A stretch of DNA of 64,000 bases from an uncultured Candidatus Binatia bacterium (GCA_965215605.1 OZ244070.1:2880001-2944000), one strand, 5' to 3'. Shown: positions 38,911-48,446, counted from the first letter of the stretch. Made by a program: numbers and translations. The notes: generated by a model from the sequence alone, not told the origin.

Positions 38911-40124
38911 TGCCCAGTCCCAACAGGATACTCGAAGGCGTCCGGATCATCGCGTTCACCACCGGATACGCCGGACCCTATGCCGGCCGGCTGCTGGCCC
39001 AGTACGGCGCCGAGGTCATCAAGGTGGAGTCGTACCCCGGCGGCCTCGACACCTTCCGGCACTACGGCGCGGCGGGCGACATCAACGCCGCGCCGCGCTT
39101 CATCGAGTGCAACCTGGCCATCCGCTCCATGACCGTCAACATCAAGCACGACGACGGAAAGCGGATCATCAAGGAGCTGGCGGCCAAGTCCAACGCGGTG
39201 CTGGTGAACTTCCGGCCCCAGGTGCTGGGCCGGCTCGGGCTCGGCGACGACGAACTCAGGAAGGTCAACCCATCCATCATCATCCTCAAGCTGCCGGGCC
39301 TCGGCGAGACCGGACCCAAGAACTGGTACGGCACCTGGGGGTTCAATCTCAATTCCTTCAGCGGCATGACCTACCTGTGGAACCATCCCGGACAGGACCG
39401 TCCCATCGGCAGCCAGGGCGTCTATCCCGACCATCTCGGCTTCATCTCCGCGCCCACCATCATGATGGCCGCGCTGCTTCGCCAGAAGCTCACCGGCAAG
39501 GGCTGCTCCATCGACGTGTCCCAGGGCGAGGTGACCGCCTATACCCTGGGCGCCAGCTACCTGGAGTCCAGCATCAACGGCGTCGATGCCGAGCCCCAGG
39601 GCAACCGGAGCCTCACCGCCGCCCCGCACGGCTGCTACCGTTGTGAGGGTGACGAGCGCTGGTGCGTGGTGTCGGTCAACAGCGACGACGAGTGGCGGCG
39701 GCTGTGCGGCGTCATGGGCAACGAGGCGCTGGCCGGCGACAGCCGCTTCGCCACCTGCGTCGAGCGGCGCCGCCATGGCGACGAGTTGGACGCCATCATG
39801 TCCGACTGGCTCGCCGCCCAGACCGTCGAGGACGTCGCCCACCGCCTGCAAGCCGCCGGGGTCCCGGCCGGAGTGGTGCAGAACGGCACCGACCTCTGCA
39901 ACGACCCCCAGCTCCGCCACCGGGACTACTTCCAGAAATACGACGACTCCCCCATCGGCCCCTTCGAGCTGCCCCGGGGCGGGATCATCTTCAAGGACCA
40001 GCCGGAGGAAGAAATCCCGCTCACCCCGAACCTCGGCGAGCACACTGAGCAGGTCATGCGGGATGTGCTCGGCTACGACGAAGCCGCCATCGGCAAGTGG
40101 AAGGAGGAGGGGGTGCTGGTGTAG
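38910..40124 (+). CDS. Family III CoA-transferase, BbsF-like catalytic subunit
   Basis: AGPYAG, NFRP, VYPDH (catalytic Asp) and APHGCYRC. Confidence 0.88.
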   Translation: MPSPNRILEGVRIIAFTTGYAGPYAGRLLAQYGAEVIKVESYPGGLDTFRHYGAAGDINAAPRFIECNLAIRSMTVNIKHDDGKRIIKELAAKSNAVLVNFRPQVLGRLGLGDDELRKVNPSIIILKLPGLGETGPKNWYGTWGFNLNSFSGMTYLWNHPGQDRPIGSQGVYPDHLGFISAPTIMMAALLRQKLTGKGCSIDVSQGEVTAYTLGASYLESSINGVDAEPQGNRSLTAAPHGCYRCEGDERWCVVSVNSDDEWRRLCGVMGNEALAGDSRFATCVERRRHGDELDAIMSDWLAAQTVEDVAHRLQAAGVPAGVVQNGTDLCNDPQLRHRDYFQKYDDSPIGPFELPRGGIIFKDQPEEEIPLTPNLGEHTEQVMRDVLGYDEAAIGKWKEEGVLV

Positions 40125-40202
40125 GTTTCGGCCGGCGCCATGGCCAAGCATTGACAGCGCTTGGGGCGTCTCCGGTGCGAGAGTCAACAACGATGCCCGA
40201 AC

Positions 40203-40289
40203 CCGTCATTCCGGCCAAAGCCGACACCCAGGGGGGAGGGGGGGAGACCGCAGCCCCCCTCTGGATTCCGGCTTTGGCCGGAATGACGG
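40203..40289. repeat. REP-like palindrome with 21-bp perfect inverted repeats
   Basis: CCGTCATTCCGGCCAAAGCCG (40203-40223) and its exact reverse complement (40269-40289), between convergent genes. Confidence 0.85.
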
Positions 40290-40305
40290 TCGCGGGACTA
40301 TCGCG

Positions 40306-41541
40306 TCAATCCAGCTTTCGCGGTGAATCAGACAGTTCTTTCAAGTCCTGCTGCCAAGCGGAACTCTTACGCACGGCGTACCGGATGACGGGCAGGCTGC
40401 ACTTCAAGGCGATCATCAGGAAAACGATTGGGAACAGGATGTTCTTGATGATGATCGCAATCGAGAGTTCGACCATGCTCGTCACCATACCACTCGACTT
40501 GTCGACGATTGCCGTCACTTGGGAGTAGCCAATCTTGCTGGCGGCAGACAACTTCTCCCACAACGAATCACAGGTCTTGCCAGCCATACGTCTGTCGATA
40601 CATTGAAGATCGTTGTTGCGGCGATTAAGCTGCCTCTCGATGTTTTTGATGGCACGGCCGACTCCCTCCCGCCTTTCCATCGCGCGCGAGAGCTCTTCTC
40701 CGTGAGGGATACCGCCAAACACTTCGGGTATTCGGCCGCGCCAACCCTTCTCTTCATCGAGTTTCCGGATTTTATTGTCCATGCGCTGTGCCTCCTGCCG
40801 GCGCGATGCCAACCCGGTCTTCAGGGCGTCCAACGTCGCCAACGTCTCTTCCCTCCGAGTCAACAGATCCTGATCGCCTACGATCGGCAAACTCGGGTCT
40901 GCTCCGACATCAGCGCTCAAGGCTGACAAGCGGCCCTGGTGTTCCTGGATCGTTGTTCCGAGGAACATCTCAGCCGCCAGAACGCTGACGACGACGAACA
41001 CCGGGACGATAAAGCGAATGATGGCGCCGACGACGAAAATTCGGATGAGCAGGCCGCGACAGCAGGCCAAGCCCATCTCGGGAACCTGCAACCCGACAAG
41101 AACCAGAGCTCGACCCGGTACCCATGCCGAAGCGAGCAACACCGCGAACGTCGCTACACCGATGCAGAAGAAACTCCACTGAAAAACCGCCGTTGAAGTC
41201 ACTTCAAGTACCAAACGCTGGAGCAACAGCGAACCAATGGCCCAGACCATCATGGACGAGAGCCTTTCCACCGCATCGTTGAGCGGGTCGAGCAGTTCGC
41301 CAAACTGTACGGATGCTATGCCTATCGAGCCTTGGAAACTCTGTGCCATGGAAATGCCTGCATTGATGGTCCTGGACAACGCATAAATAACGGTGGATTC
41401 GGTTGTGGTTGCGTCAAGTTGATCGGCGGCGAAGCGATCCAATGCGCCGTGAAGGGAAAGCACCGCAAGGACGAGAAGGAAGGCGGCAAGCATCGCGTCT
41501 GCGGACGAGGTGAACTTCCAGTGCTGCCTGCTGTTGCTCAT
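40306..41541 (-). CDS. Uncharacterised multi-TM membrane protein with coiled-coil insertion
   Basis: ATG at 41541 after AAAGGAGG; several TM helices, LLDPLNDAVERLS and a charged coiled-coil region; visibly lower GC. Confidence 0.7.
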   Translation of the reverse strand: MSNSRQHWKFTSSADAMLAAFLLVLAVLSLHGALDRFAADQLDATTTESTVIYALSRTINAGISMAQSFQGSIGIASVQFGELLDPLNDAVERLSSMMVWAIGSLLLQRLVLEVTSTAVFQWSFFCIGVATFAVLLASAWVPGRALVLVGLQVPEMGLACCRGLLIRIFVVGAIIRFIVPVFVVVSVLAAEMFLGTTIQEHQGRLSALSADVGADPSLPIVGDQDLLTRREETLATLDALKTGLASRRQEAQRMDNKIRKLDEEKGWRGRIPEVFGGIPHGEELSRAMERREGVGRAIKNIERQLNRRNNDLQCIDRRMAGKTCDSLWEKLSAASKIGYSQVTAIVDKSSGMVTSMVELSIAIIIKNILFPIVFLMIALKCSLPVIRYAVRKSSAWQQDLKELSDSPRKLD

Positions 41542-41691
41542 TCGACTACCGAGACCTCCTTTCAGCCTTGAGAATGGCATCGTGGACCGGTAAGTCCCAA
41601 TCATCAAGTGAAGGAAGAAGAACAAGGTGGCCCTGCCGGTCGTTGGCGGGATGGCCGTACACGCGGAGGGATTGACTTGTTCCTGGACAAA

Positions 41692-41732
41692 TTGCGAAGA
41701 TCCAGTGCTGCCACTGTCCAGACTCTTCGCAA
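41692..41732 (-). terminator. Stem-loop after methyltransferase (possible terminator)
   Basis: TTGCGAAGA/TCTTCGCAA outer stem with inner CAGTG/CACTG; only a short U run follows. Confidence 0.35.
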
Positions 41733-41739
41733 CCATGCG

Positions 41740-42498
41740 TCACCGGGCGCGTGCTACGAAGAACGCGTAGCCGTAGTAGTCTGAATACGCCTTCCAGATA
41801 TCGATCTCGCGCTGAGTTTGATCGGCCAACACCCGCGCCTCGGGATGCGTGCGGTGACGTGCCCGGAACGCCGTCACGTTCCGTTGGAGTGGACGGTAGT
41901 AGTCGTCCCACCACGCGGACCGCGGCAGCATGAAGTGTCCCACCGTATCGTAACCGCACGCGCCGATGGCGGTCAGGAGCGCCGCCCTGTCGCGGATAGC
42001 CGGGTATTCCTGGTTCCAGAACGAGACGCATTCCTCCGGCGGGCCGGGGTTCGTCCAGCAGACCTCGGAAAAGACCGCATGCCCGCCGTGCACGAGGAGG
42101 CGGCGCCAGTCACGCAAAGCGGCCTCGACACCCGCGATGTAGATGGCGCCCTCGCACCAGATCAGGTCGAACGAGGCGTCCGGGAAATCGAGATGGTGCA
42201 TGTCTGCGACGTGCGCCTGCAAGCGGTCGGAGAGGTTGAGGCGGTGCGCCTCATCATTCAGGACGTCGACGAACGGCGGATGGTTGTCGATGGCGACAAT
42301 GTGCACCGAAGAGTTCCGTGCCAGTACCCGCGTCTGCAATCCGGTGCCGCAGCCCACGTCGAGAATGCGGGTTCCGGGTCCAACATCCGGAACGAGGGAG
42401 AGGGCCCGGAGCGTGCTGGCGGCATCGCCGGGTCCCTGGCGCGGCAGCCCGCTAAAGAGCTCGAAGAACAAGGCGGCGGTGGTCGTGTCTTCCGGCAT
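41740..42498 (-). CDS. Class I SAM-dependent methyltransferase
   Basis: LPRQGPG, ILDVGCGTG and FDLIWCEGAIY. Confidence 0.92.
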   Translation of the reverse strand: MPEDTTTAALFFELFSGLPRQGPGDAASTLRALSLVPDVGPGTRILDVGCGTGLQTRVLARNSSVHIVAIDNHPPFVDVLNDEAHRLNLSDRLQAHVADMHHLDFPDASFDLIWCEGAIYIAGVEAALRDWRRLLVHGGHAVFSEVCWTNPGPPEECVSFWNQEYPAIRDRAALLTAIGACGYDTVGHFMLPRSAWWDDYYRPLQRNVTAFRARHRTHPEARVLADQTQREIDIWKAYSDYYGYAFFVARAR

Positions 42499-42575
42499 AC
42501 GGGTCAACCCCTGGTGTCCAGGTCCGCGTCGACACGCCTTGTCTTTCCCCGGACGTTTGGATAGGCAAGGACATC

Positions 42576-43646
42576 ATGGCGCTGTTCCTCACCAACGAGG
42601 AAGTGGAGCGGCTCGTCACCGTCGAGGACGCCATCGAGGTGCTGGAGCCCACCTTCGCCGATCTTGGCGCCGGCCGGCTGTCGAGCCGTCCGCGCACGCT
42701 CAACTATACCGGCCTCGGTGACGGGGAGTTCTATCTCTACTCCTGCATGGATGCCTCGGTGCCGCGCTACGGCGTGCACCTGATACGGATGACCTCGGAA
42801 CATCTGTCACGCAAGGTGGTAAAGGGTTTTCCCCGACGTTACCAGATTCCCAACCCCGCGGGCAAGTTCTCCGGCCTGATCATCATGTTCAGCATCGAGG
42901 ACCACGCGCCGCTGGCGATGTTTCAGGACGCGGTGCTCAACCGTACCATGATCGGCGCCACCAGCGGCATTGCCGCCAAGTATCTCAGCCGGGCCGACAG
43001 CGAGGTGATGGCGTTGCTGGGCGCCGGATGGCTGGCGCCGACCCAGGTGATCGGCCATTGCGCGGTCCGGCCGATCCGCGAGATCCGGGTCTACGGCCCG
43101 ACGGAGGAGCACAAGCTCGGCCTGTGCGAGGCCATGGAAGGACGCGTCTCCGCCAAACTGATGCCGGTGGCCAGCACGGAGGAGGCGGTAGAGGGCGCCG
43201 ACATCATCGCCTGCGCCACCAACTCCTACGAGCCGGTGTTCGACGGCGCCATGCTGAAACCCGGCCACTACGTCGGCTCGCTCCAGGTCGGAGAACTCGA
43301 CGAACTCACCCACGAGACCGCCGATACCATCACCGCCCGCGCCCGAGAGCCGGCCACCATCTGGCACATGAAGACCGGCGAGACACCCGCCGATCAGCTC
43401 TGGCTGGAGCGCTGGAAGCCCCACTGGAACGACAAGCTCAAGTTCCTGGGCGAGATCGTCGAGGGCCTCGACCAGGGCCGTACGCGCGACGACGACATCA
43501 CGCTATTCGGCGGCGTCGGCACCGGCCCCTCCAGCGGGCTGGGGCTGCAATACATTCCCGCCTGGGTCGCCTATCGGCGCGCACGCGAACAGGGCATCGG
43601 CTTCGAAATCCCCGATGAGTTGTTCCTCCAGGACGTCCATCCATAG
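42576..43646 (+). CDS. Ornithine cyclodeaminase/mu-crystallin family protein
   Basis: GIAAKYLSR, LLGAGW, GADIIACATNS, ELD and GRTRDDDITLF. Confidence 0.88.
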   Translation: MALFLTNEEVERLVTVEDAIEVLEPTFADLGAGRLSSRPRTLNYTGLGDGEFYLYSCMDASVPRYGVHLIRMTSEHLSRKVVKGFPRRYQIPNPAGKFSGLIIMFSIEDHAPLAMFQDAVLNRTMIGATSGIAAKYLSRADSEVMALLGAGWLAPTQVIGHCAVRPIREIRVYGPTEEHKLGLCEAMEGRVSAKLMPVASTEEAVEGADIIACATNSYEPVFDGAMLKPGHYVGSLQVGELDELTHETADTITARAREPATIWHMKTGETPADQLWLERWKPHWNDKLKFLGEIVEGLDQGRTRDDDITLFGGVGTGPSSGLGLQYIPAWVAYRRAREQGIGFEIPDELFLQDVHP

Positions 43647-43693
43647 GAACCCTGACTTGGAACTATAGCCATTATCCCGAGAACGTCCGACAT

Positions 43694-44227
43694 CTACCAT
43701 TCTTCCTTGCCGACCGGTGGTCCCCAGTCGAGTTCATCCGCCGTGTACTCCTTCGGCACTTCGGACACCAATGCCTTCAGGTCATGCCTCGTCCGCCTTC
43801 TTGATACGGGTGGGGAAGACGCGAGTGCAAATTCGGCAAGCTTAGCAAGCAGCGTTGACGATGGGTGTGCGCTATTGTATTGGCCCTTCTTCAGCCACGA
43901 CTCGGTCGTCAGCCAGGAGGTTGTCCTCCCTACGACTTCGACGAGTTCATCGTGTGGTATCAAGTACCAAGTTCCGCTGACCGGAAAAGCCATGTGCACC
44001 GCCTTTCCCTGGTACTTCTTGGCGATGGTCAGGCGAGCCTTCAACTGCACTTTGAGGGTTTGCTCACCATCCTTGTGGTAGGCCAGGAAGTCGGCACCCT
44101 GCCAGTCGTCGTGGAGCTTGATGCAGTTGAAACCGTAGTCCGCCAGTAGACCCGCGACTTTCTGAAAATTGTAGATCTCCTTCTGTTTCGCACTGAGGTT
44201 CTGATAGGTGACTCGCTTGAGCTTCAT
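43694..44227 (-). CDS. Putative PD-(D/E)XK nuclease-like protein with MazE-type C-terminal tail
   Basis: GADFLAY...KVQLKAR nuclease-like motif; tail DLKALVSEV...ELDWGPPVGKEEW resembles the MazE/ChpS C-terminus. Confidence 0.6.
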   Translation of the reverse strand: MKLKRVTYQNLSAKQKEIYNFQKVAGLLADYGFNCIKLHDDWQGADFLAYHKDGEQTLKVQLKARLTIAKKYQGKAVHMAFPVSGTWYLIPHDELVEVVGRTTSWLTTESWLKKGQYNSAHPSSTLLAKLAEFALASSPPVSRRRTRHDLKALVSEVPKEYTADELDWGPPVGKEEW

Positions 44228-44272
44228 CGTCGTGTTTCTCCTGCCTAATTGATGTTGATTTCAGCTCGCGCT

Positions 44273-45499
44273 TTACCGTTGCGACCACAGCGCCGAAATA
44301 GGCGCCGCGAACAGGCGCTCGCCGAACGGCACGACGTGTTCGTGGTCGTGGAGCACCAGTCCCAGAACGAAGCGGTCGCCGCAGGCTTCCGACAGGCGGC
44401 GAAGGCCCGCGAAGTCTCGTGAGGTCACTGTGGCGGAAGCCTTGACCTCGATTCCGACCACTCGCCCGCGCCGGTCCTCGATGACGATATCGACCTCTTT
44501 CCGCTCCTTGTCGCGGAAATGGGAGAACTCATAGCGTTCTTCAGACCAACTGGCCAGTTTCAGTAGCTCGGCGAGAACGAAAGTTTCGAGGACTGGTCCG
44601 AACAGCCTCTTGTTTTCCCTCACGCGTTTGGGGGTGATGTCTCTCAGGGCGGCGAGCAAGCCTGCATCGAGGAAGTGCAGCTTGGGTGTTTTGGTGAGCC
44701 GCTTGAGCACATTGCTGAACCAGGGTTGAAGGGTGTGCAGGAGGAACAGGCTCTCGAAGACGCCGGTGTATCTCCGCGTGGTGGGGTGGTTCATGCCCAG
44801 CGGCGCGCCGAAACCGGAATAGTTGACGAGTTGTCCGGAGTGTTCGGCGAGGACCCGCAAGAGCCTGGGCATCAGCGGTATCTTCTCGAACTGGGCGGTG
44901 TCGCGGATGTCCCGTTGAACGATGGCCTCGATGTAGTCGAGGTACCAGTCCTGTCGAGTGTTCCACCGCGAGCGGGTCAGAGCTTCCGGATAACCGCCGG
45001 CCAGAACCCTTTCGATCAAGTCGGCTCCGACCACGATGTCGCCGAGATTCGGCACTTGGCCTTCGAAGGCTGCGTCGAGGAAGGCGGATGGTCTCCCTTT
45101 CAACTCCGCCTGGGCCAGAGGCAGGAGGCGCACGACCTTCATCCGACCGGCAAGCGAATCGGCCACCCGGGGCACCGTCATGAGATTCGCGGAGCCGGTG
45201 AGCAAGAAACGTCCGGGTCTCGGGTCGGCATCTACAGCCGTCTTGATGGCAAGTAACAGATCGGGCGCGCGCTGAATCTCGTCGATCACCGCCCGGTCGA
45301 GGCCCCGTATGAAACCCACCGGGTCCGCTAGGGCCGCATCCAGCGTGGTCTGGTCGTCAAGGTTCAGAAACGGGATTTCTCGGCTCGCAATCTGCCTTGC
45401 GAGCGTCGTCTTTCCCGACTGCCGGGGTCCGGATACGAGCACCACCCTCGTATGGGTCAGCGCGTCATGGATACGGTCTTCGATGAAGCGCGAATACAT
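44273..45499 (-). CDS. AAA_14 ATPase with DUF4143 C-terminal domain
   Basis: GPRQSGKTT, IDEIQR, LTGS, SLAGR, GGYP, KTPKLHFLDAG and EVDIVIE...IEVK. Confidence 0.92.
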   Translation of the reverse strand: MYSRFIEDRIHDALTHTRVVLVSGPRQSGKTTLARQIASREIPFLNLDDQTTLDAALADPVGFIRGLDRAVIDEIQRAPDLLLAIKTAVDADPRPGRFLLTGSANLMTVPRVADSLAGRMKVVRLLPLAQAELKGRPSAFLDAAFEGQVPNLGDIVVGADLIERVLAGGYPEALTRSRWNTRQDWYLDYIEAIVQRDIRDTAQFEKIPLMPRLLRVLAEHSGQLVNYSGFGAPLGMNHPTTRRYTGVFESLFLLHTLQPWFSNVLKRLTKTPKLHFLDAGLLAALRDITPKRVRENKRLFGPVLETFVLAELLKLASWSEERYEFSHFRDKERKEVDIVIEDRRGRVVGIEVKASATVTSRDFAGLRRLSEACGDRFVLGLVLHDHEHVVPFGERLFAAPISALWSQR

Positions 45500-45542
45500 A
45501 ACCACATCTCTTCAAGTAGTTGACGTGTAAGGATATGTATCC

Positions 45543-45619
45543 GACCAATTGAAAGTCAAGGTCCGACCAATTGAAAGTTGGAGAGCGACCAATTGAAGGT
45601 GAAGCACTGACCGATTGAA
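45543..45619. repeat. Four direct repeats GACC(A/G)ATTGAA at exact 22-bp period
   Basis: Copies start at 45543, 45565, 45587 and 45609. They overlap a minus-strand promoter TTGACT(45554-45559)-N18-TATCCT(45530-45535). Confidence 0.85.
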
Positions 45620-45654
45620 GGCCTGTGCAGGAAGGCAGGCTTGGGATCCCGCCT

Positions 45655-47058
45655 CTACTCGCTGACGACGCACGCCTTCAGCCCTTCCCGCGAGCCCCGG
45701 TCCCATTCCTCTTCGTAGTTGGGCCAGTCGTTCAGGAAGAGCATGTCGTCGTAGGTGGCGTGGCCGGAGCCCCAGCGGCGCTCGGGGTGCACGGAGTCGT
45801 GGTGGGGGAAGGGGAGGCGGTATTTCTTCCAGCTCTCGTAGTAGCGGCGCATGATCTGGATGTAGAACTCCAGGGGGATGGCGGGTTGCTCGTGCTGGGA
45901 GACGAGGTCGGAGCCGGGTTCCCGGCGCCACTGGTTGAAGCGCGGGAAGATGCCGTGGCGCATCATGAAGTCTACGCCGTCGCCGGTGGACCTGACCGCG
46001 TCCGGGATGTTGTCGAAGCCGTAAGGCCGGGCCAGCTCCACGCCGCAGACGAAGTTGGGCCGGGCGTTGCCCTCGCCCAGGACCTCCACCGACTCGATCA
46101 TCCACTTGACCCAGTTGTCCCAGCCGATGCGGCGGTTCTTGCCCGGGTTGATCCACTCGAACAGCCGCTTGTCCCAGACCTCCATGTTGGCGTGGTGGCA
46201 GTCGACGCCCTCGGCGCGGTAGCGCTTCATGGTCTCCTTGTCCTTGGCGTTGGTCTGGATGTTGACGTAGCGGCGGTGGCCGCCCCACTTGAGGGCCGAG
46301 GCGTATTCCAGGTAGAAGTCGTCCTCCGACTTGCGGTGGAGGGTCTTCAGGATGGTGCCGCCGGAGATCAGGAAGTCGATGGGCGGAGCGTAGCCCACTT
46401 CGTCGATGGCGTCCTGCTCAATGGAGCGGGCGACCTCGGCCACGTAGGACACGGGCTTCACCGGCGTATTGAAGGTGAAGTCCCGGGACTCCTTCATCTG
46501 GCGCACGTTGACGTTGATGTCGCAGAAGCGGCACTCCTCGTCCGGCCCCCAGTACTGGCAGTTGCGGAACACCGTGGCGAAATAGCCGAAGGCGATGATC
46601 TCGTGGTACTTGGTGCCGTCCTCGAAGGACCGCGTGTAGTACTTGAGCGGCTTGGGGAAGCTCACGTCACAGAGTTCACGCCCGTCCAGCAACAGCCGCA
46701 CCTCCCCGTCGATCACGTCGATCACATAGGGCGAATCGGGGTTCAGGGTGGTCTGGACGATGACGGGCCGCAGGCCCAGGTGGCCGCCGCGGATGGCGAA
46801 CCACTCGGGCGTCCTGCGGTGTTCCTTCCGCTTCATGTCTTTCATGGACATCAGGTCGTAGGAGAACAGCCGGTAGGACTTGACCAGGGCGTCGGAGGCC
46901 AGCTCCAGGGCGGCGTCCGTGAACCAGTGGCCCACCCGCAGGAGATCCATCTTGAGGATGACTTCGCGGGGCATGTCCTCGTAGTTGCGCAGGTGCCACT
47001 CGAGGTATTCCGTCTCGCTCGACGAGGTGACGCTGTCCAGTTCGGCCGTGGTGGTCAT
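45655..47058 (-). CDS. Radical SAM protein with atypical CX8CX2C motif
   Basis: NCQYWGPDEECRFC, ISGG, NMEVWD and NFVCGVE. Confidence 0.85.
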   Translation of the reverse strand: MTTTAELDSVTSSSETEYLEWHLRNYEDMPREVILKMDLLRVGHWFTDAALELASDALVKSYRLFSYDLMSMKDMKRKEHRRTPEWFAIRGGHLGLRPVIVQTTLNPDSPYVIDVIDGEVRLLLDGRELCDVSFPKPLKYYTRSFEDGTKYHEIIAFGYFATVFRNCQYWGPDEECRFCDINVNVRQMKESRDFTFNTPVKPVSYVAEVARSIEQDAIDEVGYAPPIDFLISGGTILKTLHRKSEDDFYLEYASALKWGGHRRYVNIQTNAKDKETMKRYRAEGVDCHHANMEVWDKRLFEWINPGKNRRIGWDNWVKWMIESVEVLGEGNARPNFVCGVELARPYGFDNIPDAVRSTGDGVDFMMRHGIFPRFNQWRREPGSDLVSQHEQPAIPLEFYIQIMRRYYESWKKYRLPFPHHDSVHPERRWGSGHATYDDMLFLNDWPNYEEEWDRGSREGLKACVVSE

Positions 47059-47081
47059 GGTCCCGGCTCCGGCTGCCTACG

Positions 47082-48446
47082 CTACCCCGCGTAGCGCGGC
47101 ACGATGTTGGTCGGCGTGTACTCGGCCGGCGCCTCGGTCACGAACAGCTCGGGTTCGATGCCGTAGAGCCGCCGGGCGTTGCCGCCCAGCATCTTTTCCT
47201 GCACCTCCCGGGGCACGCCGTGCTTGTCCATGTTGTCGACGGCTTCCCAGGTGTCCGAGGCGTCGTGGTGCGGCATGTCGGACGACCACAGGGCGATGTC
47301 CTCGAAGATGTCCCACAGCCTGAGGGTGATGTCCTCGTCGCTCTCGAAGGCGATGAAGCACTGCCGGGCGAAGGTCTCCCGCGGGTCGCCGACCTTCTGC
47401 GGCGGCACGGCCTGTTCCCGGACGAAGCGGTAAAGGTCGAGGTAGGTCTCAGCCTTCTCCAGGATCAGCGGCAGCCAGCTCGAGTTGGATTCCAGGATGG
47501 CCACCCTGAGCTTGGGGAACTTTTCCAGCCAGCCCGTGAGCATCACGACCATGGTCCAGGTCTGGGCCTCGCTGATGAAGCTCAGGGACTCGGAGCCGGG
47601 CTGCACCGACCCCATGCTGCGCATGATGTTCTCCACGAACTGCCCAGGGGAGTACACGTAGACGTCGTGGGCGGCAAAAGGGGAGCGCTTGGCGCTGCTC
47701 TTGCCCTGGGTGCCGGCCGACATGCGCTCCGCCATGGCTTCGGTGACGGCCTCGCCGCCGGACGGGAACGTGTGCATTCCCAAGGCCAGTCCCAGCTCCT
47801 CGAACTCCTTCCACAAGGGGTCGAACTCGGGGAAGGTGGGGTAGCGGTCGTTGACCAGCACCGGCCGCACCACCGCGGACTTGAAGCCCAGCCTGGCCAC
47901 CCGGCGCAATTCCTGGACCGCGTAGTCCACGTCCTGGACGGGAAGCACGGCGCAGGGATAGAGGCGCTTGCGGTCGGCGGCGCAGTAGTCGTTGACCCAG
48001 TCGTTGTAGGCGGCGGCGCAGATCCGGGCGGCGTCGGCGTTCTTCACCAGCGGCATGCGCACGAAGGTGGACGGGAACACCATCACCTGGTCGATGCCCG
48101 ACGCGTCCATGTCCTTGAGGCGGACGTGGGGGTCCCGCTGGCTGGCGTTGCGGCCGATTTCCTCGTCCCACCGGGGATCGTCGGGCGCGATGGAGCCCAG
48201 GATCTTCTTGTTCATGCCCGGGTGCCAGCCTTGTCCCGGATAGGCGTAGGTGTTGGGGTTGCCGTAGCTCACCTGGCCGTTCACGACCATCACGAGCCGG
48301 TCCATGTCCCGGTAGAAATGCTGCTTGGCGAACGCCCGCTGCTTCTCCGGTATGTACTCGTCCCAGACTTCCCGGGGTTCGTGGATGTGACTGTCGCAGT
48401 CGAAGACGGAAAAATCCTTGGTACGCCCTTGTGCCGTGTAGGCCAT
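47082..48446 (-). CDS. Amidohydrolase_2 family metal-dependent hydrolase/decarboxylase
   Basis: DCDSHIHEP, DMDASGID, AYNDW, FPKLRVAILE and WSSDMPHHD. Confidence 0.9.
   Translation of the reverse strand: MAYTAQGRTKDFSVFDCDSHIHEPREVWDEYIPEKQRAFAKQHFYRDMDRLVMVVNGQVSYGNPNTYAYPGQGWHPGMNKKILGSIAPDDPRWDEEIGRNASQRDPHVRLKDMDASGIDQVMVFPSTFVRMPLVKNADAARICAAAYNDWVNDYCAADRKRLYPCAVLPVQDVDYAVQELRRVARLGFKSAVVRPVLVNDRYPTFPEFDPLWKEFEELGLALGMHTFPSGGEAVTEAMAERMSAGTQGKSSAKRSPFAAHDVYVYSPGQFVENIMRSMGSVQPGSESLSFISEAQTWTMVVMLTGWLEKFPKLRVAILESNSSWLPLILEKAETYLDLYRFVREQAVPPQKVGDPRETFARQCFIAFESDEDITLRLWDIFEDIALWSSDMPHHDASDTWEAVDNMDKHGVPREVQEKMLGGNARRLYGIEPELFVTEAPAEYTPTNIVPRYAG

Noticed and set aside
44228-44272. Integron attC-like boundary (ATTAGGC) before the nuclease-like gene
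   Set aside because: It does not match GTTRRRY, there is no paired RYYYAAC, and no integrase is present.
45543-45619. Possible mini-CRISPR array
   Set aside because: The 11-bp repeats and 11-bp spacers are far too short, and no cas genes are present.
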